This document shows, piece by piece, positions 42,301 through 49,088 of a DNA stretch of 64,000 nt. Under the pieces are notes generated by a model. That model was not told where the DNA came from. It did no database searches and saw only the letters and a program-made list of their open reading frames with translations. A program made the translations under genes and the position numbers. How positions within the stretch are numbered: position 1 is the first letter of the stretch; the number at the start of each line of letters is the position of its first letter. Origin of the DNA: a virus; the IMG/VR virus record IMGVR_UViG_3300013286_000725, positions 41,824 through 105,823 of that record; one strand, given 5' to 3'.

Positions 42301-43438
42301 CAATGGTGATATAATCTTTAGTATTGGCTGCGCTAGCAGATGAACTGAACGGTTCCTGATCAAAAGGGGTACTATCAAACAGTGTAGAAGTTTCAGAACT
42401 ATAAGCAGAAACAATCTCTGTATCTGCTTCAGAAATTAATCTTATAGATGACCCAACACCTTCTACATACCAATAACCGTTAGAATATTTTTCAGGTGTT
42501 ACTTTTCCAATGAAATCTAATTTCATTCCATTAGTTAAAGGAGTGCCGTTACCTAATGTATATTTTTGTTTGTTTAAAATATCAGTTTCAACATTTAAAT
42601 AACTGTTGTTGTCAATATCTAGTATATGGAACGCTCCCCCAGTGTCGGCATCTGTTTCACTTACATAAAATAACACACTAGGAGCAGTATGTGGGACTGT
42701 AAAAATAATCTGTCCTTGAGAAATACTATTGTTTATCAGTCCGTCGTTGACAAATCTATTAAGAGTGTCTGCCGACCTGATGGTCTTAATGCTGAACGGA
42801 TTGTTAGGACTTGTTATATTAAATCTATAAGTTTGTCCTCTATACAATGTTATTGTTGGGTTAGGTGTTAGGCCATCATTACTAAAAGTATATGCATAAT
42901 TGCCGCCTTGATCTACTAGATTAACAGTATAGGTACTGTCAATAGCAATCTGTTGCCCTGCAACTATTATAGGGGTTGGGCCAAATGGTAACCAATAGTA
43001 CTGTTGAAAGTTAACAAACTTATCCCAATCAATATGCGGATCCCAACTATAGAACTCTTGCTTATTTAGGCGTTCATGATTAGATACATTGCCGCCAAAG
43101 GTGTCAATGTTGTTAATATGATCAATATAGTCTTTATAGAAAGTAACATTTCCGATATAATCTTTTATAACAGCCGCAGGTTCTAATTGATAATTTTGTC
43201 TCGTTTGATCGCTAGCTGCTAAGAAGACATCGTTGCCATTTGTAGATTTGGCATTTTGTCTACCAATAAATCCGTCAATTTTTTTAACAGTTCCAGGCTG
43301 TGTTAGTTGATTTAATGTTGCCTGTAAAAACTTTTTATTACTGTCAGTTCTATAATATGTAGGAAGTAAGCTGGCAGAAAATCTAGCATTGTTGCCCGGA
43401 ATAGGAAGACCGTATTCGCCTTGGTTGTCAGTTGTCAT
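30356..43438 (-). CDS. Giant baseplate wedge-like structural protein (gp7-like position), 4360 aa
   Basis: Follows gp6-like gene; KPYRTKIR, GGSGY..P.V repeats, FG-GAP-like propeller repeats. Confidence 0.7.
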   Translation of the reverse strand: MTTDNQGEYGLPIPGNNARFSASLLPTYYRTDSNKKFLQATLNQLTQPGTVKKIDGFIGRQNAKSTNGNDVFLAASDQTRQNYQLEPAAVIKDYIGNVTFYKDYIDHINNIDTFGGNVSNHERLNKQEFYSWDPHIDWDKFVNFQQYYWLPFGPTPIIVAGQQIAIDSTYTVNLVDQGGNYAYTFSNDGLTPNPTITLYRGQTYRFNITSPNNPFSIKTIRSADTLNRFVNDGLINNSISQGQIIFTVPHTAPSVLFYVSETDADTGGAFHILDIDNNSYLNVETDILNKQKYTLGNGTPLTNGMKLDFIGKVTPEKYSNGYWYVEGVGSSIRLISEADTEIVSAYSSETSTLFDSTPFDQEPFSSSASAANTKDYITIARGSPDKNPWSRYNRWFHQSVITAIASATGQVPEFDQAARAKRPIIEFQAGLKLFNFGHQCKTDIDVIDTVTTDAFSGVEGSLGYLVDGVPLTNGMRVLFSADTDGRVKNKIYKVNFLTIQDPAKISEFDASQIDIDKNIINFSVGSPHGFVTGTQVIYLNNANSDISGLLNRKSYYVYVISNTAIKLYLNKSLTAPVDLLKIGAGTHQLSDQTGQLRQINLVEEADATPKLNETVLVRQGTTNQGNMYWFDGTAWKLGPVKLKVNQFPLFDVVDTNGISYGDTTVYPGSKFVGTKLFSYKPSLSSLIDTELGFALSYQNINNVGDISFTFDLLNDSFEYKTNTQVSIKNTNTGFLKLITNLITFNYVNGWKKSLVDRIQPVVRIFKQSNLINNFPVDVYNNVNTLTDLVIRVYVNGHRLDQNKFSIVTTASIKLIRLNTDVTLTDVVTLKCFSASSKNQNGYYEIPINLQNNPLNDNLINFTLGEVINHVDSIIDNITGFVGAYPGNSNLRDLGDLTPYGTKFVQHSGSVNLSLYHLGNQQANVFKALSTAKDDYAKFKRAFLIAANESGIDTEVKQHVDHVLSIVTANIPKTQSYYLSDMFAYSGSVRSEYIVLDARIKKYPLTETFDLTKLSNQTVNIYYNGMQLLHGKDYTFGSDVFFELHIELTEGGIIEAYEYHSTDGSFCPATPTKLGLYPKFEPKIYVDNTYRTPRKVIQGHDGSITIAFNDFRDDLLLELEKRIYNNIKVNYDSDIFDIYEFIPGYDRTTNYSKKEFEQVLAIFFYQWTQLIAQDYTKQTDYNGSDPFTFNYASSYSPRGTNIPAYWRGIYKWFLDTDRPNVTPWETLGFSEEPKWWTKVYGPAPYTSGNLLLWEDIQNGIIREPNKVVRQDARFIRTILNNGLPVDEQGNLLNPLDTNFIDGYFSTAISSNYVFGDYSPVESAWRKSSYYPFALMQTALLLKPNKVLGTCFDRSRIVKNLAGQFVYSKTGLRIRLADIELPSTVLSTSRVFTAGLVNYIVDYMSGETTTLVDQYMADLQSLTNQLGSKLGGFTSKPKFNLLLDSKNPASTGGVFVPQENYNIFLNTSSPVQKLIYSGVIITKGADGTSFEISGYTNEHPYFKYYSYQLEGQLTNIAGLSESYVTWSENQYYLVGTVVRYGSAYYRVTSTHTSLTAFNTGLFAKLSGLPNTGGVDFYIRDTWDKTTENVLSYGAQLSSIQSVVDFLLGYGEYLKDQGFTFDNFNNNLTTVNNWTNAANEFVFWTTQGWAGGTVLSLSPAASQLTLITEFTTVNDINDAFYGYHIFRVDGQMLDLHLTNIYRNDSGFVLASSNTQHGIYGAVIFLVQKEHVLLLDNRTMFNDVIYNLEPGYRQEKVKVLGYITKNWNGSFNIPGFIFDQAKISDWAPYTDYHLGDIVKYKSFYYSATVSLPGANKFNDKQWVKLTKQPTPQLLPNWDYKVEQFTDFYNLNSGNFDVQQQKFAQHLIGYQPRQYLANIIQDDVSQYKFYQGMIIEKGTQNVLNKLFDVLSTDHMESLTFNEEWAVRVGEYGAVDTFDEIEFILDETEFKINPQPFELVNRVDPALLDFVYRQIPTDVYIKPVGYNNNPWPVSNKDGYLRTPGYVRYDDVNYSIDSLTGLKNNIFSQNITAFNDGDYVWCAFESANWNVYRFTRNDFKILDVTYSNEVLSIVCNRIPNVSQGDIIGIKNTKALNRFYRIDSITNATININATVEGFTHTEFLVKDLSQITSYKFIKSRVDSIDNANTVLPKSIKLNELLWADNNGLGQWTVYKNNPVYNENLVTNLSPSTGLNYGKKIAVSLNGNTIAVADNNKISLSSKNIDGTWDNYTNIITTIATGDIAFSPDSNILAYSNPTTNTVTIISIGSVSFNITTVLTPPNNILANDQFGSKLAFSQYSVGAATTYMLAVSSVGYNSSQGQVDIYTSSNTTWTHTQTLSAVTFAGDQFGYSVSATKTGDILVVGAPGSDQNSFAGLQGEYQFGTLYTANQVVVNAGNYFKALHTTTDAPPNANWTLLSNQNYPNTGRIFLYQYDGASYSLMSTIGGQQVPTIDDGDRFGESVSLSTTGAYLAVGSPLSSLTSVSDGKVNIFNKLIDSNFTYDLLQTISSPKDEENEHYGAFVSFIDSSNSLVVLSANGNISNDTMFDTGMTTFDSKSLKFIDRLIQSGRVDIFDRYNTKFIYAESFSGIVSNDALPISTRYGMSVAVGNNTVIVGAPQEEDKVVVNSGLVYSYTKNAGSKTWSVYHKQIDRINLDKIKKVFLYNKKSNQIVTYLDIVEPIQGHIPGVADQEIRYKTYYDPAVYSYTDKTVSGANIDNGANWLADKVGVLWWDLTRAKFIENVDGDIVYRSTNWNKLYNSASIDVYEWVSSRLKPSQWDARADTEAGLAVNISGKSLYGDAVYSTSQRYDSVSEVLITTYYFWVRNKQIVPNALGRSLSAAEVSSLITDPTAYGYSCLALTGTNSFNLVNCKKYLKSTDIALHVEYWTVDNQELNLHTEWKIISEDIDTELPAQIETKWFHSLSGRDANDETVPNLSLPVKQRYGVQFRPRQGMFINRLEALKQFITRTNTVLAKVLISDSHDITSLSKYESAPSYITGKWDITISLGAELQYIGTSNLSQASATATVVKGVITEVSFTNKGFGYINAPFVTVTGTGNGAVIKTTLDNLGRINGYTILDGGEGYNTLTTSLSIRPYSVLVTSDAFVFDKWAILQWNAGTKSWARVKSQSYDVTKFWKYIDWYATGYNQFTKIDYIVDNTYFLSSLTSNIGDVVKVKNIGTGGWILLQKYSNTVTIDYTQNYTVVGRYNGTIEFSSSLYDYANTVLGFDDQLYDGATYDDFASIELNIILDTIKHKLLINELRLEYLKLFFASLRYVMYEQSFVDWAFKTSFVKARHNVGMLKQKVTYNNDNLKNFEDYVNEVKPYRTKIREYVSAYDSIDYAKHAVSDFDLLPVIDSTQQIHPIAVSVSDQGIVEYDSAVINTYPWKMWLENVGFKINSIKIVDGGSGYISEPVVKILDGYGQNAVAKAYIAGGKVNRIDLVNQGTGYLKAPQIVLAGGLGIRGVAARAVAIIESEVVRTSKLAIKFDRISKSYYSSTLLHTDIFTGTGSRLQFSLTWSPKTEITIYQRVTVDGIEVLKNEYSLSNTSTTANGTTKYFGILKLDSAPAKGAKIVVDYEKDFNHLSATDRINFYYNPAAGEIAKDLSQLMTGVDYAGVNISGLDFHIAGGWDNDAGWASDQWDSYTNNRASDSSITPDADSYDTSLDGGRFIGTVLSTAIGVNPDDINVDGDGFVTPMTSHAPEEVVPGQILDSLAIKVYTRPSSGNSTIFFKNYLADGVGATYSIAQKLLLNHSIIVKVGTTIIEAGDYQIDMNTNLVTLVNVPTANSVVSIISFGPSSTNLLDIDYFVSDGTTNEFVTRAPWLEDNLNATVLVDGVIVNYVLFKTDNTYASNNRTAIRFGTIPTNGSIVTYIINVNDSTSSIVKSQSIITNGTDYTYSLDNLTSSVLSTPGLLPYETNVLVRAGSTVLKPPTAFYHILADNQLEYTIPTYQFAPYNLAVTDIRVFVNGIKLNFGADFTVNSDTISVVLVPSSYINNAKLTIVVDANDDYRINDNGTITFKNLHAQDTAIDVTTFYNHSILDIKRTTDTMIPATTLVPDTSEYFEFTAKTGGKFKLADKVVAEDRVWVIKNNQLLTLNVDYIILSDYKTIQLTSTLVITDVIQVIAFNGIPIKENSFGFMQFKDILNRTHYKRLNAASSTTLREAVKQTSADIAVVDGSVLTTPNPTLNLPGVVFINGERIEYFYKLGNVISQLRRGTLGTGVPTIHAVNSLVQDVSSGETVPYTDSELVETFIADGTGTTVTPTFNIDNINEIEVFVGGYRLKKSAYTVYSETLGYPYSPAGDIILPPEFTVNNSIVSLRTPPAANTKIILVKKQGQLWGEMDQSLRNSNSIVANFVKKSTTIWPR

Positions 43439-46400
43439 TAGTAATTCCCGCTAGTGATGCTTTGACTATTAATAGTAGTCGATGTTGCTGATATTGCGCC
43501 CGTACTTTGTAGTTGGCTAGCTGTCACGGCTGTGATTATTTCTATATCGTTTATAGTTGCACCATTAATAAAAATTTGATCGCTTTCGCACGGTATTTCA
43601 AATAAACTTCCAAAAGACAAATTACCTTCTTTAGGAACAATTAAGAAGTTTACAATATTAGGTGTTAGAGAATTCATCACATAAGTTAGTAATTCACTAA
43701 AATAAAAACTATCACCAAAGTCAAAATTATCTAATGCAAAAAATTGATTCAATGCGGATAGTACTCTAGTTTTAATATCATTATCGCTCACAACAACATT
43801 TGAATTTTTTACTATTTTAAAAGTTGCCTGTACATCGCCAGATGCGAGATTTCCAAATAATATTTTATATTTGACGGGGTGGTATACTATTTCATCGCTT
43901 ATAGATTTGATTAAATTCAAACTAGGACTTAATAAACTATACAAGTAGTCAGTACTCGGAGCCAACGGTTGATTAGGTATGGATCCTAGTAGCCATTGGC
44001 GATAATTTATGTCATATTGTTTGGTTAGTACAAAAATGTCCATGATGTTTGTTTTGCTAGGATCAATTCTTGACTCATAACTTGCATTATGTATGTATTG
44101 AAATTTGATATCCCTTCGGCCAACATATACTTTGTAATCTTGAGATACTTGATAACCAGAAGTAGTATATATTTGAACTGTTCCACTGTCAATAAAATAA
44201 TAGTAGTTTCCTATTGTCGGAGTGATGCTGTCTTGGTTTAAAATAGTCACGGTTCTTTGACTATTATCAAATAATTTATAATCATCTTTACCAGTATCTA
44301 TAGAATACTTTGCCAAAACTACAAACTTGGTCAACGGATTGACCGTCGGTGCAACCAGCTGGTCAAAAATTGTAGGATCGTCAACAATACCGTCGTCGTT
44401 GCTGTCGCTGAATGTAATTTCAATTTTCTTAGTGTCAACATATCCGTCAACACCCTTATAAGTATCAGTTATTTCCCATTTGTAATCATAGGTCAATGGT
44501 GATGTTGAGTCAGGCTGTGTGTTGATGCTGAGTACTTTGATATTATCTTTTGCCACCGTGTTGCTTGTAATGTCATAAATTTTATGACTGGGATCAAAAT
44601 AAAACCTAATCTGTTTGTCACTTTCAAAAACATAACGAGCCAATCTACTTTTTACAGTATAAAATTCAGAGTCAGTAGTAAACAATACCAGCCAGCTAGA
44701 ATCTCTTTGTGTGTTAGTATTATCGCCGGAAGTATTTAAATCAAACGCTGAGCGAATATTCAAGTTTACTTCAGATATGATTTTCCAAACAGTATTTTGA
44801 CTATCGTATCTTAAACCAAATTGTTTATTTGAATAGATTAAATCTACCATAGTGGACACAGTGTTAGTAGTTAGGTTGGTTACCCAGGCAGGTATAATAC
44901 CCGATAAAATTGCACCGGTTGGTACTGTGTTGTTTATTAGAATAGGAGTGGTTACACTAGAGCTAGGTATACCATTTCCATTAATTGATACAACCTGCGC
45001 CCACAAAACAGAACTTGTGTTAGCTGTAGGAGAATTAACTAGGGCATTTTTATTTGATTTATCAAAATATTGTTGTACACGATCAATAATTGGGGCCTTA
45101 AACTGTAGTAGACTATTTGGTGTTATCAAAGTTAAGTCACCGGACCCGGTATTTGATCCAACTGTTTGGGCTTGTATCCCGTTGAGGATATAGCCAACTG
45201 ATTGATTTGTATCTTTTGATATTTGATTCCATAGATTATCAGTGGTAAGATTTGTTTTATTAAATTTGGTATAATAAAAATCTCTTAATTGCTTAGAAGA
45301 TAATGCACTGATAACTTGATTGTATATTACACTTTGAATGTCTGTCTTTGTTTTATAACTAAATCTAAAAGTATCTGTATATTCTTGTTTGTATAGTGCG
45401 CCATCATCAGCAAATAGATTTGTTTTACTATATTTTCCAGTAGGATCTACTAGATCAAAGTAACGACTTATTCCGCTTGAACTACGATTAACTGATTTAA
45501 TCTTGACAATTTCTTGATTAACCGATAGTGGTGCCACATTATAATCTTCGCCTGTTATCATACGATTTTGTGTATAATAATTAGACGGAGCGTTATTTTT
45601 AATATGTGTATTTGTTTCTGTTGAGGCACTGTTAGCCACAGAGGACATTAAATTAAGACCAATAGTTAGTGTTTCAATCTGTCCCACATTGGATGCATAT
45701 GGTATTTGTACCGTTACATTGCGGATATCGGCAGGATTGATAGTATAACTAATACCGTTACTAGTTCTATAGTAGACTCTAAAGTTACCTAATGGTAAGT
45801 TGCCAAATGTACCGTCGCTGAAGCCAAGACTAATCCTATCGTTTGATCGTGTAATCACTTCGTAAATATTTTTAATACTTTTGTTTAAGCTATTATAGAT
45901 AATGTTATTGCCCTTAGTGCTAGGAACCTGTGCCCAGTACTCATTTTCAATACCGTTTTGATCTAGTCTATACAACCAAACATCGGTATTATTAACATTT
46001 ATAGCTTCTAAATCAATTATTTCATTAGTTGCAGGTTGACTAACTGTAAATGTTCCTTGATTTAAAATTCCCTGACGAAAATGTACAAAGAATCCTTTGT
46101 TGGCGCTGCTGTTGCCGCGGCCGTCGTCACGATATAAGAATGATAACCTGTTGCCGATTAGCGGAGGTTCTTCATAAATGTCTGTAGAATTAATAATCGT
46201 TGACACAATTTCAAAATTCATATTACGACCATCGATGGCTTTGCTAAATTCATATACTGGAATGCCTGTATTAGATGCCTGGAATCTATATTGTTCTGTT
46301 TTAATGCCGTCGATGGTACTGCTAGCATCTGGATTTCCAAACTGTCTTGTGGCGGGGATAGCAGCATTGATAATTTTAATAAACTGATCGTACCAATTAG

Positions 46401-46848
46401 AGTTAGCAGTATCGTTCCAACCAATAACTTGATTTGCCAGGTTGCGATTGTTACTATCATAGATTGTTTGTGTGGTTTGGATTGAAGAAAATTTCAATAA
46501 ACCTGATGATGTTATATTTCTTTTAGGCTTATAGCTTAGTAAATTTGCAAAACGGAGCACACTTTCTCTACGCTCTGCTAGCTCCAAAAAGTTATCCCTG
46601 GCATTAAGATCTGCGCGAAATGCAATACTTTGTCCCAAAAACGCAATAACATCGATCAGCGCAAGATATTCGCTAGATTCAATGTAATCATTAAAGTCTT
46701 CGGGGTAATTTTCTCTAATATATTGAATCATTACTCTGCGTAAATTTTCAAAATCATAGCTTTGAAAATCAGCATTAGTGAATGTTTGATATATTCTTTT
46801 CCAGTCTTGTGAGACTAATAATCTATTTTGTCTATCTGTAGATGACAT
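43438..46848 (-). CDS. gp6: Baseplate wedge subunit (gp6-like)
   Basis: DFENLR...EDFNDYIESSE, FLELAERRESV..LSYKPKR, FSDGTFG, QNRMITGEDY. Confidence 0.85.
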   Translation of the reverse strand: MSSTDRQNRLLVSQDWKRIYQTFTNADFQSYDFENLRRVMIQYIRENYPEDFNDYIESSEYLALIDVIAFLGQSIAFRADLNARDNFLELAERRESVLRFANLLSYKPKRNITSSGLLKFSSIQTTQTIYDSNNRNLANQVIGWNDTANSNWYDQFIKIINAAIPATRQFGNPDASSTIDGIKTEQYRFQASNTGIPVYEFSKAIDGRNMNFEIVSTIINSTDIYEEPPLIGNRLSFLYRDDGRGNSSANKGFFVHFRQGILNQGTFTVSQPATNEIIDLEAINVNNTDVWLYRLDQNGIENEYWAQVPSTKGNNIIYNSLNKSIKNIYEVITRSNDRISLGFSDGTFGNLPLGNFRVYYRTSNGISYTINPADIRNVTVQIPYASNVGQIETLTIGLNLMSSVANSASTETNTHIKNNAPSNYYTQNRMITGEDYNVAPLSVNQEIVKIKSVNRSSSGISRYFDLVDPTGKYSKTNLFADDGALYKQEYTDTFRFSYKTKTDIQSVIYNQVISALSSKQLRDFYYTKFNKTNLTTDNLWNQISKDTNQSVGYILNGIQAQTVGSNTGSGDLTLITPNSLLQFKAPIIDRVQQYFDKSNKNALVNSPTANTSSVLWAQVVSINGNGIPSSSVTTPILINNTVPTGAILSGIIPAWVTNLTTNTVSTMVDLIYSNKQFGLRYDSQNTVWKIISEVNLNIRSAFDLNTSGDNTNTQRDSSWLVLFTTDSEFYTVKSRLARYVFESDKQIRFYFDPSHKIYDITSNTVAKDNIKVLSINTQPDSTSPLTYDYKWEITDTYKGVDGYVDTKKIEITFSDSNDDGIVDDPTIFDQLVAPTVNPLTKFVVLAKYSIDTGKDDYKLFDNSQRTVTILNQDSITPTIGNYYYFIDSGTVQIYTTSGYQVSQDYKVYVGRRDIKFQYIHNASYESRIDPSKTNIMDIFVLTKQYDINYRQWLLGSIPNQPLAPSTDYLYSLLSPSLNLIKSISDEIVYHPVKYKILFGNLASGDVQATFKIVKNSNVVVSDNDIKTRVLSALNQFFALDNFDFGDSFYFSELLTYVMNSLTPNIVNFLIVPKEGNLSFGSLFEIPCESDQIFINGATINDIEIITAVTASQLQSTGAISATSTTINSQSITSGNY

Positions 46849-46869
46849 ACGCTATTCCCATTTATATGA

Positions 46870-46876
46870 TATTTAG
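46870..46876 (-). promoter_or_regulatory. Late promoter motif CTAAATA
   Basis: Intergenic upstream of gp6-like gene. Confidence 0.55.
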
Positions 46877-46897
46877 CGTAGTTTATTAAGTGAGTGT

Positions 46898-47341
46898 TTA
46901 ATTTGTTAGACCGTTTTGCTGATCAAATCGTAGCTGTATGGCTTCTTGTATATAGTAGGGAAGGTAAGTCAAAGTGCATTCTATTTGCAGCCCGCTTTCA
47001 TATTGAGTTATAATCACTTGCTTTGCAGTCACACGGGGATCATAGTTGATAATTTCTTCAACATTTTGTTTTATTAGTATTTTAAGCTGTTCAGTAAGTG
47101 GCTCGTAGAGCATATCCCATATAATAGTTCCAAATGTAGGGTTCATTAATCGCTCACCCTGACGAATATTAAAATGATTTAGGATATCCTGTTTGATTAA
47201 AGCATAATCATAAAGAGCAAACTTTTGCGTGTCAGGACTTATAGTACTAAAACCTTTGTAAGTCTTAGAGCCAGGGGCATCCTGGTGGGTGGCCCTACTA
47301 GGAATAGTGATATTATCATATAATTTTGGTATAGTATTCAT
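46898..47341 (-). CDS. gp25: Baseplate wedge subunit (gp25-like)
   Basis: GERLMNPTFGT..LYEP...YDPRV. Confidence 0.9.
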   Translation of the reverse strand: MNTIPKLYDNITIPSRATHQDAPGSKTYKGFSTISPDTQKFALYDYALIKQDILNHFNIRQGERLMNPTFGTIIWDMLYEPLTEQLKILIKQNVEEIINYDPRVTAKQVIITQYESGLQIECTLTYLPYYIQEAIQLRFDQQNGLTN

Positions 47342-47349
47342 AATATTAT

Positions 47350-49080
47350 TTAAGTCTCCGAATCAGCTGCGGGCGGGGGTGTTCGTTTAAATGTATCAAT
47401 TGATGTAGAGTATTCTTTGTAATATTTTGAAAGTGTTAGATCGCCGGAAACTTCCCTGTCAAGTTTGCTAATTTTTAAATTAACCGGGTCAAGGTTCTCG
47501 TGATATGGAAAAGGTTCGTGAGTGGTTAATCGTTTCATTATACTAGTTATCGGAGTATCTGTAAATTTATATTCAAAAACTTTGGCGGCAGAATCTTTTA
47601 CAGTGATATCTTTAACATTAAATGTTTTTAATGCTTTAGGAATATCTGCTTTAGCAGCAGTGGCTGCGGCAGGACCATTCATATCAATCCTATCAGCAGT
47701 TTCAATATGGTTTCCACCGCTTTTAATATTAGTAGCACCTCCTGCTGTAAAATTATTATGCCCTGTAGAATTTAAATCTAAATCAGCTTTAGTAGTAAAC
47801 TTGGTATTTTTTCCAATAGTAACATCGAGGTTGCCGTCTTTGGCTAAACCTGTTTGTATTTTTCCGTCGGATCCAACAATTAAATTGTATTTGAAGGCTG
47901 ATTCTATTTGTATTCTTCCACTATCATAACCGTTTTTATCTGTATCTTTTGCCGAACTATAATCCGCAGTAGCTTTCATATTGATATTACGGCCTGCTTC
48001 AAAATTAATATCTCGGTCTGCACGAATATTTAGATCAGCTTTGGTACGCATGGTAATACTGTCTTCTGAGTAGATGTCAATTTTTCCATCGCTGGATAGT
48101 TCTACCCATGCAGTCCCCCTGCTGTTGGTAATATAAATCAAATCTTCACTGTTGTGCAATACAATTTGGTGGCCTGTTCTAGTTTTTATTCTAACCAATT
48201 CGTTATGCGGGCGAGTTTGATCGCCTGTAGGAGTTGACCCTTTGGGCAATTGCTCAAGTGCTTCGTACTCTGGCGGTCCGGCGGTTGGTGCTTTCATTCT
48301 TATAAACTTATCATCGCCATCATCCATAACAAATGAACTGCCGCCGAGGTGGCTGGTCTTCTTATCAACCTTGCCTTTATCAGTACCAACTGGATTAACC
48401 GGAGCACCATTTTGTTTGTCAAACGGGCCTGGCGTTGAAATGCCAAATACCATGCTAGGAATTTCTCGGCGAGCACTGCTAGTGGTTATTCCTCGAATGT
48501 CATCGTAGATTAATCCTTGATTATTAATTAGTACTTCTTGCGGAGTTGCAGGTTTGGTTACTGCTGATGCATCTAATGTACTGCCTCCTGCTTCTTTGTT
48601 TAATTCTGCAACCGGAACACGCTCTGCTGTGGTTTTTTTTGTTTCGTCAACATTATAATAAGTAGAAGGATATCCCGGCAGCATGAAATTCATTTTTTCA
48701 TCTAGTACACAGCCTATCCAATACAATTCTCGTTGATTGCCTTGAGCATAGACTACCATTACTTTTGTGCCCACATCTGGCGGGATCATCCACATACCAT
48801 ATGACTTTTGTGTATTGTCATAGGTGTCGGTGCTAGGGTCATCAGGGTTGCCGGTGACAAATTTGGCGCTGGTAACTCCGTAAAACGGACTACAATAAGA
48901 TGCTAGGTGTACTTGGCCGTCGGCATTTTCGGCTCCGCCTGATTCTCTTAATAGTTGCACTTGAAGTTTACCCATGTAACTTTTATCAAGATGCCCAACA
49001 ACTTTAGCTATGAACGGGCCATCATTAGGTTTTTGGCCTGCTGGCGCGGAGTTTCTTGAATCTTCGTTTTGATCACTCAT
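47350..49080 (-). CDS. Baseplate hub/central spike (gp5/VgrG-like)
   Basis: OB-fold D..YMGKLQV...PPDVGTKVMV; TRTGHQIVLH and beta-helix repeats; no lysozyme domain recognised. Confidence 0.8.
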   Translation of the reverse strand: MSDQNEDSRNSAPAGQKPNDGPFIAKVVGHLDKSYMGKLQVQLLRESGGAENADGQVHLASYCSPFYGVTSAKFVTGNPDDPSTDTYDNTQKSYGMWMIPPDVGTKVMVVYAQGNQRELYWIGCVLDEKMNFMLPGYPSTYYNVDETKKTTAERVPVAELNKEAGGSTLDASAVTKPATPQEVLINNQGLIYDDIRGITTSSARREIPSMVFGISTPGPFDKQNGAPVNPVGTDKGKVDKKTSHLGGSSFVMDDGDDKFIRMKAPTAGPPEYEALEQLPKGSTPTGDQTRPHNELVRIKTRTGHQIVLHNSEDLIYITNSRGTAWVELSSDGKIDIYSEDSITMRTKADLNIRADRDINFEAGRNINMKATADYSSAKDTDKNGYDSGRIQIESAFKYNLIVGSDGKIQTGLAKDGNLDVTIGKNTKFTTKADLDLNSTGHNNFTAGGATNIKSGGNHIETADRIDMNGPAAATAAKADIPKALKTFNVKDITVKDSAAKVFEYKFTDTPITSIMKRLTTHEPFPYHENLDPVNLKISKLDREVSGDLTLSKYYKEYSTSIDTFKRTPPPAADSET

Positions 49081-49088
49081 AATTTACC

